Origin: Trichinella spiralis
Lineage: Eukaryota
Direction: 5' to 3'
Assembly: GCF_000181795.1 (NCBI RefSeq)
Contig: NW_003526941.1
Coordinates: forward strand, 8,257,714 to 8,321,713
DNA length: 64,000 nt
Below the pieces are notes generated by a model that made no database searches, had not been told where the DNA came from, and saw only the letters and a program-made list of their open reading frames with translations. The position numbers and the translations under genes are program-made. Positions 25,890 through 39,221 of this stretch are shown piece after piece (the stretch's first letter is position 1; every line of letters begins with the position of its first letter).

Positions 25890-26516
25890 TTATTCTTCAT
25901 CAGATTCCATGACAAATTTAGTAATAAGGTTTGGACAAGTTTCTTTGACGTCTTGCTCTGGGAATATCCCCGTTTTTGAAGATCTCAAAAATTTCACAAG
26001 GTACATTACTTCACCAGTGAGATCAATTGAATCTGCAGAAACAAAAAGTTGAAATGTTGCATGTCAAAAAGCAAATTATTTCATATGATATTATCGTACC
26101 GATAATTTTATCAGGCACATAACCGCGATCGATCAAAGTTTGCAGAGTTTCCTGACCCTTGCGAGGTTTCGCCAGTTTTGAACTCGATTGAGCACTGACT
26201 GCACGATCTAGAGTCGTTCTTTTCGATTCGAATTCTGCAATCAAGCTTATACATTTCAGCGATTCCGCCGGTACCCAGTCTTTATCACACAAAGGAAAAT
26301 CCACGTATTTCACAAGATAATTAACCTTTTTATTGATCACTTTTCTATCAACAACTTCTTCAATCTCGGTATCACTCGGTACAGACGGCCTTCTTGCTGT
26401 AAAAGAAAGAAACGTTCTAAAAGAAATTGGTATTTTCAACTTAAAACAACTTCACCATTACCATATCCACGTTCTTGATGCTTACCTTCTGATTCGCTTT
26501 TTTTAGGTCGCGGCAT
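25890..26516 (-). CDS. Divergent HP1/chromobox protein (chromo + chromoshadow domain), 3 exons
   Basis: Chromodomain EIEEVVDRKVINKKVNYLVKYVDFPLCDKDWVPAESLKCISLIAEFE. Shadow domain RGYVPDKII|DSIDLTGEVMYLVKF..ETCPNLITKF. Confidence 0.85.
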
Positions 26517-26768
26517 CTTTACACAATGCCTGATGCACAGTATAAAATATATTAAAGTACAATTTTTTCTTTGCAACATCAATTAATCAAAACATAATAT
26601 TTTATGATTCAATAAATACAGTTGTTTTATTAAAGAAATAAATTCAAATAATATTTTATGCTTTTCTTATTCTTATTTTACTGAAGATGCTTATGCTTCC
26701 TTGTGTGTCATGCTTACTGTATTATTGGTTATCCAAAATTTTTGGTTTGTTTTGGGATATGAATAAAT

Positions 26769-27593
26769 ATGGATCTGTTGTATTTGGAAACGACAGACAT
26801 AATGCAAAAAATACATCAAGGTTTAGCCCATCTGGAGTCGTCTCGCGAATCAAAAACTGTATCTGAATTGGAAATGTTTTTAAGGCAACAACTGGAATTG
26901 GTAAGCGAACGAAGAAAGAGTTAGTTTTGATTTATTATTGAAAAATGTGTGTCTCACACTTTGATTTCTATTGAAGGCTGATAAAAATTGCAAAAGACTT
27001 GGTTTAATTGCTTCAAAGCAGCCGGTGAATCGAAGAAGACACGCTCAACAGCTCGTAGATCAGTTGCATTATGATTTAAATCAGGCGAATGTTTGTTTCA
27101 CAATCGGAAACATTTAAATTGTTTAAATTCTTCACTTATAGATGGCATTTGAAAAAATTATTTTACGATTTCAAGAGTTTAAGCGTTGTGAATTGGAGAG
27201 AGAGGAACTGCTGAGTCGTCGGTATAAGGCAAACGAAACGACTTCAATTTATATGGACGATGCTGCACTGGTCTACAATGAGAAATTGCATTCGACAAAT
27301 CGTTATGTTGACGACATGATTTTGAGTGGGCAGTCTATTTTAGGTGATTGAGTGAATTTCAATGAGCAATGATTAATTAATTAATTATTTATTTAGAAAA
27401 TTTACAATTTCAAGCTTTTTCGATGAAAAACATTCGAAAACGATTGATCGATTACGGTAATACTCTTGGTTTGTCAAATACAATAATGGGGTTGATCGAG
27501 AGACGCACAGACACCGACATGAAGATTTTGTTTGTTGGAATGTTTTTGACGTTAATTTTTATGTATCTTTTTTATCGGTTATGGCTCGGCTGA
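26769..27593 (+). CDS. GOSR2: Golgi SNARE membrin / GOSR2, 4 exons
   Basis: MDLLYLET..LVDQLHYDL..EREELLSRRYKANETTSI..VDDMILSGQSIL..GNTLGLSNTIMGLIERRTDTDMKILFVGM plus a C-terminal TM segment. Confidence 0.9.
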
Positions 27594-27755
27594 TGATATT
27601 TGTTGATTTGCTTTCTTTTATTGATTTTGAAAAATAAATGACGTTATGTTATGGTGTATTAAATTTTGAAGTTTGGTTGAATACCGAAAATAAGTTTCTG
27701 TTCACGAACAAGAAATATGTAGGAAAGGAAATATTGTTTTTTAGCTTTTCCAAAA

Positions 27756-29089
27756 ATGGCGGAAAATGGAAGAACAGTTCGGATAAATTTTGGCAAAATG
27801 ACCATTTCTCCAGAAATGCTGCAAGATTGGTTAAGTGAACTGTACTCGTTCAACAGAAGACGAATGGAAGCTGTAGCTGCCGAAGTGGGGCACAATTTTT
27901 CTTACTTTTATAATCAATGAAATTTTTAATTATTATCAATATTTGTTTTTTTTGTTTTTCAAGGGTTTGTATTCTTTTTTAACAAGACAAATGGTGGAAT
28001 TTTTGTTTGCCGTTTGTGATGAAATGAAGTTGATGCACGAACTTCGCTATACGGCATGCACCATTTTTGACATGTAAGTGGAGCAAAAATTGAATAATTT
28101 GATGTGAAAATTTGAAAATAATTTACAAAAAAATAATAATAATTGATTTGTAAAATGTCCAGCTTCATAAGTCGATTAGTGAATTCGTTGTGGTTGTACA
28201 TCCGAGAAAGATGTGAATCGAAGGAAAAATTGCTCGAAGACTGGCAGTTGATTACGGAAAAGCTCGAGAAAGGCATGATATTGCGAATTATTTCTTGCGT
28301 TCAAGTGGCAAGCAAATTGGAATGTGAACCAGAGGTTTTTTTTAAAAGCTATTTCTTTTCTTTATTCAAACAAATTACATGGCTACAATTCAGTTTGTCA
28401 CAGTGGCAAAGGCGAAACAGTTTTTGAAGAAATTTGGGCTCGTCTACAGTAATGAGCAGATTTTAAAATCAGAATTACGAGTAGCGAAAACTTTGAAATA
28501 TTTCCTCCAAATTCCTTCACCAATGTATTACACGGAAACGTTGCTTAAAGTGTTGAGTGAGTTTGTCAAATGTGAAAATTTGGGTGCGTTGTTTTTTTCA
28601 AAATTCAAATTCCCACTTGTAGATTTGCTCGACCAACGTTTCGAAATTGAACAGTTGCGTGAATGCATTCAAGATTTGTTGGATCTTGTCTGGCTGATGC
28701 GCGACGAAATTTACAAATGCATATTATCCTATTCGATGTGTGCTACAAAAATAACTCAGTTACAAAAAAATATTTTTCGTTTTAATTTTAAAAAATTAAA
28801 ATGTTTTGAATTTTTAGCGCAGATTTACTGTACGTTGAAAATGATTTCATGTATTTAGCCGCAGGCGTGATTGTTACTGCTGTAGCTCTTGTGAAGAATT
28901 TGAATGAAGCCAGAAAGGTTTGTGTGAAAACGAAAAGATGTTCTTATTTGTTCGTAATGTTTATTTTTTGATGTTATTAAGACTTCTGAAATACTCAGCG
29001 AAATTGTACGAGTAGAAGCCGATGATATTTGCCGCTTTTGTCAAACAATAATCCACTTATTATTTGATAAAAAATATTCCGTTTTATGA
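27756..29089 (+). CDS. cosa-1: Cyclin-like meiotic crossover factor CNTD1/COSA-1
   Basis: MVEFLFAVCDEMKL.., LRIISCVQVASKL, ILKSELRVAKTLKYFLQIPSPMYYTETLLKVL and DFMYLAAGVI match CNTD1 motifs. Confidence 0.88.
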
Positions 29090-29269
29090 TGTTATTCTTT
29101 TTTTTCTTATTATTTTTTATTTTTTATTATTGTTTTTTTATTTTAAAAAACTGTATTCTAACAGTTGGATACAGTATAACAACTGAGCCTGCGTGTATTT
29201 ATTACCGCGGCAAAGTTTCGGTGGAGATTGTTCATTTTTAGTTGACGGCTTGGCTCGCGCGACTGCGCA

Positions 29270-31680
29270 ATGTTGTCCATAATAAAGGCGTTAGGCAAGT
29301 TTGTTTTTTTTACAATTCTCGGTGGTGCAATTGGATACTTTTTCTGGGAAACTGCCGGGAAAAATGTCGATTTCGGAGATCCGAAATTCAACGTTTGGAT
29401 ACACTGGTTTGTTGTGATCTCGTTCGCCTTGTCTTGTGGTTTAATTCAAATGGTGCGCAGTGTAATTTTGATGACTTTGGTGACAATTTTGAACGTTCAC
29501 GGTCAAGCGTTTGTCCAGTGCTCTTTGATGGCTCTTGTGGCCGATTCGCCGGGACAAAATTTGATGATGAATTTTCACCGAGCCACCGACTCTCTGCTTT
29601 GTAATATTGACGTGGCAAAAAATGTAACTCGTGCCAAGATGAATTTGCTTTTCAAACCGTCCGAGGTGAAGTTTTATGTTTTTATTATTTTCTCGTTTTG
29701 GTTTAAAAAAGAAATTCCATTTTTAGAATATTCTTGATGATCTTCTACAAGGTGCCAAAGCGGCCGCTAAAGTTTCACAAGATCTGCCGCTTATGGTTGA
29801 AGATCTTGAAGCTGAATTGGGCAAAGATCCGAATAGTGGAGCAGATCGTGAACATGAAGCATATGAGAAAGAAGTGAACGAATGGGAAAGTGCGTATCTG
29901 TTGAAAAAGGGTGAACTGCCGTCGAAAATTGAAGCAATGTTTGAACGCCGAGTGAGTGAACGAAGATTACGCGAACTGAGCTACAGGAAAAAAGCTTTGA
30001 GAAATTTCATCCGTCGTGCTACTCACGCTTGTGAGGATATCATCAACAGCGCCATTCGTGAATGCAAACTCTGGTCTTTGGAGCATTACAACAAATGTTG
30101 GGCTGAAAATTGGTTAAATCCGTTTTGTAAAATTTATCAAGTAATAATCAGCATTATCAATTTAACTTTTTTTTTGAAATTTCAATTTATTTTTCAGGGT
30201 GATGAATTGTGCAATATGTTGAATATGATCAATTACCGCGGTGAACAGTGTGAAAGTAACAATTCGGGCATTTCTGAATATGCCAATACGTACGGTTCGC
30301 AGTTGGCCGCGGCTGAAGATTATACGGAAAAATTGAGCGATGATTTCAAGCTGAATATTCAATTTAAAGTGGATTTGCCACTTCGAAGACCTGATCTCGT
30401 CACTGTTCAACAAATGGCGGCTATAATTAAGCAGTCGGTTTCTGGTGAATTTAATAGATTGGATGATTTTATTTTCATTATTCATTCAATTCATTCTTTC
30501 TTGTTTAGGAATTGTCAGTTTTGTGAAATATTTCAGCATTGTCATGAAAGCGGTTAGCTTTTTTCTAGCTTTAACTACGCTGAGAGTGAATTTGAGCTGG
30601 TTTCAAAGTTACATGAAAGATGTAACTCATTCGAATTGTTATTTGACAAAATATTGGCTAGACATTGAAAATCGTCGCAAGGAAGAGAATCGTAAACATT
30701 TGATACCACTTCGACCTTTCGAACAGGGTCGTATTAATAATTTGTTCAGTCCGAGCCCAACGCCAGAAGAACGAAAACAACTCGTCAGAGGAGTTTCAAC
30801 GGTATGCAGATAGTTAAGTGAAATGAGTTTGTATGTGTGTATGTAAATTTCTTTTTTTTCTGCGACTTTAGTTGTTTCACTTGTTCTGGTCGATATTTTC
30901 TTTGATAATTGTTGATGATCAATTTTATCACTTGTTGAACATGGTGAAAGATTATTCTGGCATTGAGGTGAATCAAACCGGTAAACATGACATCATCATC
31001 ACTTTGGAAGGAACTGGAGAAGTGGCTAGGATGATTGGATCGGTTATTGAAGATTTGAATCAAACGCTCAAACTTGATCAAGTTATCACCAACGAACATT
31101 GTATCGTTCACCCGACGAAAATTGATTATGTATTTGAAAAAACAAATTTTTTTTTCATTTTGCTTATAATATTTGCTTATTTAAATTTGGATTTCAGGAA
31201 TCTGTGGAAAGAATATGGCTTGTTTTTGCACTGCTGTGCTTCCAGTTAACTGCTGGAGTGTATCTTGTACGCTTGAGACTTCTGATCACCAACCTGATGT
31301 ATCCAGAGCGAGAGAGGGTGCGAGCAGTGTGGCTTTACAATGACATGTTGCGCACCAGGGCGATGCATTTTCGAAAACGAAAAGTTGAAATTAACAAAAT
31401 GGCCATGGATGACGAATTTCCAAAGCCGGCGTCCAGTTTATGGTCCGACGTGTTCGTCTGCATCTACTGCGGTGAGAAGGGAAAGTACGATTTCAACACT
31501 TGCGAAAAGCACAGTCAGAATGTCGACCATTGCAAACAGTGCTGGGAAGAGGAACTGGCCGAACGATGCATCGCTTGTTTGTTGCAGAGGGAAAATATTG
31601 TGGGCAAAGATGGACGAATCAAGGAACAATATCGGGATCTGTCGGTGGCTGAAGCTAGCACTTACACTGATCGAAGATGA
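29270..31680 (+). CDS. DC-STAMP-domain protein, DCST1/sneaky-like (sperm fusion family)
   Basis: Several TM segments, a Cys-rich extracellular loop, YPERERVRAVWLYNDMLRTR and a C-terminal RING-like CIYC..C..CKQCW..CIAC. Confidence 0.82.
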
Positions 31681-32123
31681 AACATCCCGAAAGCATCTCG
31701 AAAACATCATATATTTTCATAAATGATTATGCGAACGGCAAAAAGCAACCACTATGCTGAAAATACTATTTAAGTAAATTGTGTACAAAAAACGATACAG
31801 TGCAGTGGAAGTAGTTAGACATTTCATTGAATACAAAATCAAACAATAGTAAAACATGCTTTTTAAAAGGAAAAGAAACAACCATGATTACGAAAAAAAT
31901 TTTACAACTGAAAATTATAATTACAGTATCCTAGTATATAACGTTTGAATCTTTATACGGTAGTTTTTAGAATCAATTGCAAAGTTAATTTTAAATGTAT
32001 GCTACATTTTAAAATAAAAACATAAAACTTTTACGCTTTATTTTAATGATTTTTAATTAATTTTTGTAAAAATTAATATTTTACATATTGTAAAGTTTTG
32101 CTCTTTTAATAATTTTTTTAAGA

Positions 32124-32949
32124 ATGATTGGAAAGTCATCAAATTTTGTGATGAAACGTCTTTCTGAAGAATTGCAATGTCCCACTAGTTCAGTGATGGG
32201 AAGACTGGCAAGTGTTATGTATCTCAGAAAATTTAAAGAAATTTCAAGCAACGTGATCAATATATTGAATCCAAGTGCCGATGATCGAATCTTGGAAGTC
32301 GGTTTTGGGTTAGGTTATGGTCTGTTCGAAGCTTTCAAAAAGGTAGAGCGTGGAAATGGAGTGGTCTTTGGCTCGGAAAGGTTACTATTGCAAGGAATGA
32401 GCTCGTAGTTGGTGAATGTACATTTTAATGCTGTACTTCAGATCGCAATATATGGTGAAGAGAGCGCGGAAGATTTTTGCTTTGGAAATTCACTACGGCA
32501 GGTTGGAAGTCGATTTGTCTTTGGCTTCACATCTGCCTTATTTGAACAATTCGATTGATTGCATTTTTCACAACGACTGCTTTTATTATTGGCCCAGTGT
32601 GAAAAATGCTTTACTTGAACTGAAACGTGTTTTGAGACCAGGCGGTCGTATGCTCACTTCCATGTCCATTGAACGCGTCAAAGAATGGAGCAGCCGAGGG
32701 CTTTTGCAGCCGTCTTATTGCATTGATCCTTTGGATTATATTCTGCATTTAGAGAATACCGGATTTGTTGATATTAAATTTGAATATCATTCGTCGGCCG
32801 GTGTACAATTTCAAACAGTTATTGCCTTGAAACCACCAGTTGAAGAAGATAGAGGCGTGAATTTGGATGTTGAAAAGAAAAATTTTCAGCAAGAAATTTT
32901 GGAATTTGAAAAACTTCGACGTGCCATTAGAAAATCGCACAATATTTGA
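32124..32949 (+). CDS. Class I SAM-dependent methyltransferase, 2 exons
   Basis: ILEVGFGLGYGL motif I, LPYLNNSIDCIF and LLELKRVLRPGGRML. Intron ~32381-32441. Confidence 0.85.
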
Positions 32950-33707
32950 TTACATAGTTGCTTTTCAATTTCCAGGTGAGTGAATTTTTATTCTTGTATT
33001 GCTACAAGTCATTGATATTTTGTACAGTCAAAGTGATTTCGATGACTTGTTTCATTGTAAAACTTTGTTATTAATATGAGAAAAAAACATTTTTAAACTA
33101 ATATAACTTAATGGAAATGCTGAATGTTTTTTTTAAATAACTGCAAATGAATATTTATTTTTTATTTCTTTTAAATCAAATTTGTATTACTGTAGTAGAG
33201 AAGTGTTGTTTTAACGTGCATTCACTTTTGTATCTGGCGAAAGAAAATTTGCCGGAAAAGTGGTGCATAAAATAAAAATGAAAATATACCGACAAATCAG
33301 AGTCTGATTTGTTAACGATTTTCGCACAGTTAAAATTTTTTATTTCAAATAATTAAATGCATTTTATTTTATGATCAACATATTTTAAGGTTGTCGAAAA
33401 TTGTTGGCCAGAGTGGAAAACGGCAATAAATTTGAAGTCGCTTTAAGCGCAGTCTGTTGGTTGTTTTTGCTTTATTATCTGTTCATGATGATGATGTGTT
33501 GTATTTTTCGTTTTCCTGTATTGTTGTTGAAATTTATCATAACTGCTGGAAGACGTGCTCAATTTAAAGAAAAAAAATTAAATTCTAGAATAAATCCAAA
33601 AGCTTTTGCAATTTTACAACTGCGAAGCTTATAAACAAGCAACATATTTTTTCATTTTTTTTGTTGTTACTGCCTTTATTGTAAACATTTTACAGTCGTC
33701 TGTCGTG

Positions 33708-35879
33708 ATGAGCCTGTTGCATCGAGGAATATCGTATTTTGTCACTGCGCCAATTTATTATGCTAATTCTGGTATGATAATAAGAATGATTTTAGATGAT
33801 TAAAATTTGAAGTGCACATTTTCAGGTCCCCATCTTGGACACTTGTATTCGTCTTTGATTGCAGACGCAGCGCACCGTTGGTTTAAATTGAAAAATCCGC
33901 ATCAATTAACTCTATTCAGCAGTGGAACTGACGAACATGGATCCAAAGTTGTCCACAATATTCAGTATTGTTGTTGTTGTTTATTTGAATTAAATTTTCC
34001 AGGTTGAAAATGCTGCATTGAAAGCTGAAAAAAATGTCGACGTTTATTGTTCTGAAATAAGTTCAGCATACAGAGTATTCGAGTTTTGTTGTTATAATTG
34101 TGAAAATGTTTAATTTCAAATTCAATTGTTCAAGGAATTGTTTTCCAAATTTGGTATTGAAACAACAGACTTCATTCGTACTGTAGAAGCGCGTCATCAC
34201 CAATCAGTGCAACAATTTTGGGTATGAATTATTGTTAATTTTTTTTGTAATAAAATCACTTGAAATCTGTGACAATAATAAATTTAGGAAGTTTTACGAA
34301 AGAACAATTTCATCTACAAAGGAAAATACAGTGGTTGGTATTGTTCTGCGGACGAATGTTTTTACAATGAATCCGACTTGTGCGACGATGAAACTAAAGT
34401 AATTGAAGTTTGAACGGAAAAAAATATGCAAATATTTTTCTCAATAATAGTCGTGTAAAACAACAACCGCCGGGCATACGGTTGAATGGGTAGTGGAAGA
34501 GAATTATTTGTTTAAGTTGAGCGAATTTTTACCTGAAATACAACATTGGCTACAGACATCCGGTATGAGTGATGGTTGATTGGTTGGTTATTGTCGTTGT
34601 TGTTGTTGTTCATTCAGATGTGGTACAGCCTGCACAATATTTGCCATTCGTGATTAATCAGTTGAAGCAGTTGAGTGATGTGTCGATTTCTCGGGATCGT
34701 CAACGTCTTTCTTGGGGTATTCCAGTGCCGGACGATTGCTCGCAAACAATATACGTCTGGTTCGACGCTTTGGTCAATTATCTTACCGTTGCTGGATATC
34801 CAGGACAACTTTGCCGTTGGCCACCCGACTGTCACATCATAGGCAAAGATATATTGAAGTGAATTGATTTTTTAATTTTAATTTTTAATTAAAATTGCAT
34901 GTTTGTAAGATTTCACGCGATACTGTGGCCGGCTATGTTGCTTGCCGCCAATTTTCCACTGCCAAAGCAAATATTTTGTCACGGACACTGGTTGTCCGAT
35001 GGAGTGAAGGTAATTTTCTTGCGTGTTTGCTTTTTCCAGCTTGTTGAATTGGTTAAACTGTAAAATTTCAGATGTCGAAAAGCTTGGGAAATGTGGTCGA
35101 TCCTACACTCGAGGCTCAAAAACTTACCTGCGAAGGTTTGCGGTATTTTCTTCTTCGTCAAGGGGTCCCAACCAGTGATGGAAGTAGAAAACTGTATTTC
35201 TTGATTAACATTTTTTTAAATTTTATTCATCAGTTTTCAAAAATTGCTTCCAGATTATAGCACACCACTGGCTATCAGTGTGCTGAACGACGAACTGGCT
35301 AACAGTATAGGCAATTTGATCAATCGAACCACAAGCAGTAGGGTTCTTCGAGGTGACTGTTTCACAGACTTCGACGAAAGCGTAATCAACGGACCATCAA
35401 TACGGCAGGGTCCTGATTTGATGACTGATTTGGACAATCTACCAAGTAATATATTGAAAAAAAACAATTTTTTAAAATAATCACATGAATGTTGTTTGTA
35501 CCCGGCAGGTATTGTTGGCCAGCAATATGATAAGATGCAATTTTCCAACGGCATCAACAGTATCGTGACGGTCGTGAAAAAAGCCAACGCTTTTGTGCAA
35601 CACTTCTCGCCTTGGCATTTGGCGAAGGACAAGAATGCTAATTCGTTGCTGGATACTGTACTTCATTTGGCTCACCAGACGTTGCGCACTTGTGGAATAT
35701 TGTTGAAGCCGGTTGTGCCGAACATTGCCGACGAAATGTTGAATCGACTGTCCGTATCTTCAGACGAGAGCAACTATTCAGATTGTGCCAAAGCTGCCAG
35801 CAAATCCAGGTATTTTTCAGGAAAGCCCCTCAACCACCAAAAGGATCTCATCTTATTTCCAAGAATTTCTCGTCAATAG
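33708..35879 (+). CDS. MARS2: Mitochondrial-type methionyl-tRNA synthetase
   Basis: [21 protein letters not shown] (HIGH-like), [64 protein letters not shown]. Start codon uncertain. Confidence 0.93.
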
Positions 35880-36316
35880 TTTGTTCTTTGTTCATTTATT
35901 TGTTTGTTTCTACAATTCTTGTCAATTTGGTTTAATCTTAATTGCTTATTTAACTTGTTGTTGTTGTTGTTGCTTTATTTTAATAATTAATAATTTAATT
36001 TGAAATGTATTGATTGCTAAAAATAAATAAACAGGATTTTTGGAAAATTGCCAGTTGAGCATCAAGCAAGAGATGATACAGGATGCTTTTCATAGCTGTT
36101 CCGCTAGCTGTATGGAGTTGATTGGTGGTGAACTGGTCAAATGCGAGCGCGCAACCTGTTTGAAGCGAAAAATTATTGAAAAGCACTACGCTTTTTCTCC
36201 TCTCTGTCAACTTTCATTAGCTTGTGCTTGAAGCTGAAAATTACCAGACAGTACCATTTTCAAATTTTACCATTTGCATTATTTTTTCTTTGTCTACGAG
36301 AAGACAATTTTTCACA

Positions 36317-37669
36317 ATGTTAATCGTTGATAAGATAGCTTTGTTGTTGTTGTTGTTGTCTTGGTTTCAGTTTACCGTTCAAATGCAATTGATACTCGTA
36401 CAAACGGTGAAGAGGAATAATTTTGTAAAAATATCTTTCATATTTTTATTCATTTAAATATTTCAGATTTGGAGACATGGTCATCGTACGCCGATTTATT
36501 TGATTCCAAGTGATATTGAAAACAATGCCAGCACTTGGGATATTGGTCTTGGCGAATTGACAAAGGTACTCAAACAATTGTTCTCTTGTATTGTTGTTGT
36601 TTTTCCTGTGCATATTCAAATTAAATTAAAAGATCCATTTTGTGTTTTTGCTTCTAGCTTGGAATGAGACAGTGTTACGAACTTGGTCAGATGTTGGGCA
36701 AACGTTACATCGAACAATATCCGTTGTTCAAATCTTCAATTTTGAACGAGGTCTGCAATTTTACCTTTTATTATTTATTAATGCTGCATTTTCAGCTGTA
36801 TTTGATTGATCTTGTTTTTTCATTATGCAGATTTACATACGAAGTTCAGATACTAATCGAACGTTGATGAGCGCCGCTTCGGTTATGGCTGGCTTTGTTG
36901 CCAGTGACAGTTATGGTAATTATGGCAATTACACTTTACCGAATTTTGTCAGATCGCCTGCCGGCTGGAATCCTCTACCAATACATACCGTAGACTACGG
37001 TACAGATAATGTACGTACGTGTGTGATGATTTTTCCATTCTCTCTCTCTCACTTTCTTTCTCGCTTATTTTGTTGTCGCTTTTCTTTTTTTTAGCTGCTT
37101 AATATGCGGTATCATTGGAACAAAACTGCAAATCTGTTTAGGAAGAATTTTATCGAATACGACCGATTTATAAAACAAAATCCTGACAACGGTGCCAAAT
37201 TAGCATACGTTGCCAATAAATCAGGTTTCAATAATACTTTGGTTAAAAACATGTGGATACTCGCTGATGTTGTGAAAATAGAAGTAAGCAATTTCAAAGA
37301 AATCCTAACGCATCTTTTTTTCCTTCTTCTCCTACTGTAGAAAGAGGGAAGTCCTGAAGATTGGCATTCTGATCAACACAAGCTGCCGGATTGGGTTACC
37401 GATGAAATCTACGATTGGATACAACATACATTCAAGCATTGGTGCAAATTAGTTTATCAGCCAGATTTGTTGATTCAGATCACTGCAGGTTGATGTATTT
37501 TTTCTCTTTTATGTTTGTTTTTAAATTATATTGAAATTTATTTCAAATCAGGCGATTTGATTTTTGAAATTGTCGATCGAATTCATCAAAAACAGTTGTC
37601 CATAAAACAAAGTCAAAATACAAATTCGTGGATAGAACGGATCAAATTTTATTCCTACTCTGGGGTACA

Positions 37670-37703
<34 letters not shown>

Positions 37704-38284
37704 GCTGTTGTTTTTGTTATTTTTATTTCTAGCTAATTGTTTTTTTTTCAGCATGACATCAATCTGTTGTTCCTTTTGTACATACTCGGACAGTACGACA
37801 ATGCAGCCACAGTCGAATACGAAGGCTACGCCAGTTGTATTGTTTTCGAAGCATGGTTTACGGAAGAAAATGAAATTGAAATAAAAGTCAGTTCATTTAT
37901 TTGCAAGTTACGATGAATGTATGTACTTGATTTTTTGTTACTGTATGTTTGAAGGTGTTTTTACGTCGAGGACCGAATTCAACTGAATTTCAGCCAATCC
38001 AAGTCGTCGGCTGTCCGCCAATTCCTAGCGGATGCCCATTGGCTACGTTTGAAAATCGAACTAGAAAATTCTTTCCCAAACCCAACAAAGTTGACGTCCA
38101 CTGTTGCTCTTCTGCGAGTAGTTTTTCAATTTTTGACAGTTTGTTTTAAATAAATGTTTATTTCAATTTTCTATTCCTAAAAATAAATTTAAAAATTACA
38201 TTTTTAGATTTTTCGTCGATACGATCGGTTTTTCTTTTGTTTATCATTTTTTGCTCGTTGTTCAACGCTACCGTCCACTTGTGA
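36317..38284 (+). CDS. Histidine acid phosphatase (lysosomal/prostatic type) with signal peptide and hydrophobic C-tail
   Basis: IWRHGHRTP, GELTKLGMRQCYELG, IYIRSSDTNRTLMSA, PLPIHTV, YSG|HD and CPLATF. Confidence 0.9.
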
Positions 38285-38593
38285 TTTTCATGTTAATTTT
38301 TTGCGGTAAAAGTTTATTTGTTTGTGATTTGAATTTAATTTTTTTTATTTCTGAATTCTGTGTGATGTAATGAATTCGTGTAAATTTTTTTTATTGTGAA
38401 AAAGTAAATCATTTTTATTCACTACATAAATATGATGTCACACGTCTTTTTCTGAATATGAACAAATGGGAAAGTTTATTGGTATTTAGAAGTAGAAACC
38501 AATTGTAAATGGTTTGAAATTTTCATTTCTCTTCTGATAGATTGATTTGAATGAAGCAGTGATTGTTGTATACATGAATTTATGTATATAGTG

Positions 38594-39221
38594 TTAACCC
38601 AATAGACCAAGTAGAGGCAGTACACCTCGCCTTCCAATGGCTCTTCCTCTACGACCGATGCTCATGCCAACACGTTTTCCTGCTCGAAAAGCTTGCCTTT
38701 CTCTCACTAGAATAGATTATCAATGTAATGATATATTTTGATTTTTTTAATAGTAATTATTTGTAGTGTTGACGCTGAAAGACAAAAAACTTTGTGCTTT
38801 ATTTATGGGTGATCATTTTCATTACCTCTGGACATCCGTTGCATTTGACGTAAGTCGTTCATGACACCTGAAACAAGTATGAAAATATAATTTTACGTAA
38901 TGTTCATCAGCATGTTCTACTTATTATTTTCTTTATACTATGTATATGTTTGTGTGTGTGTGTGTGTGGCATAATGGATATAACGAACTAGAGATAATAA
39001 ATGAAACACACAATCCATTGGTACGGTGGTAAGATTTTTGTTTTTATTGAAAGCTAATTATTATTATTATTATGTATCAGTTTTAACCACTTTGCTGAAC
39101 TAGCTTGAGATAGATAGTATGGAAAATTTATTGAAATTTACTTACCTATTGAATCAGCAGAATAAAACAATGTGACACATACGGTTAGCAGAAGTAGCAG
39201 AGAAGTCCAGAAAAGTTTCAT
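38594..39221 (-). CDS. 76-aa secreted peptide precursor (neuropeptide- or antimicrobial-like); exons 39221-39146, 38867-38826, 38706-38594
   Basis: Canonical GT-AG, phase-consistent splicing gives MKLFWTSLLLLLTVCVTLFYSADSIGVMNDLRQMQRMSRVRERQAFRAGKRVGMSIGRRGRAIGRRGVLPLLGLLG*. Confidence 0.75.
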
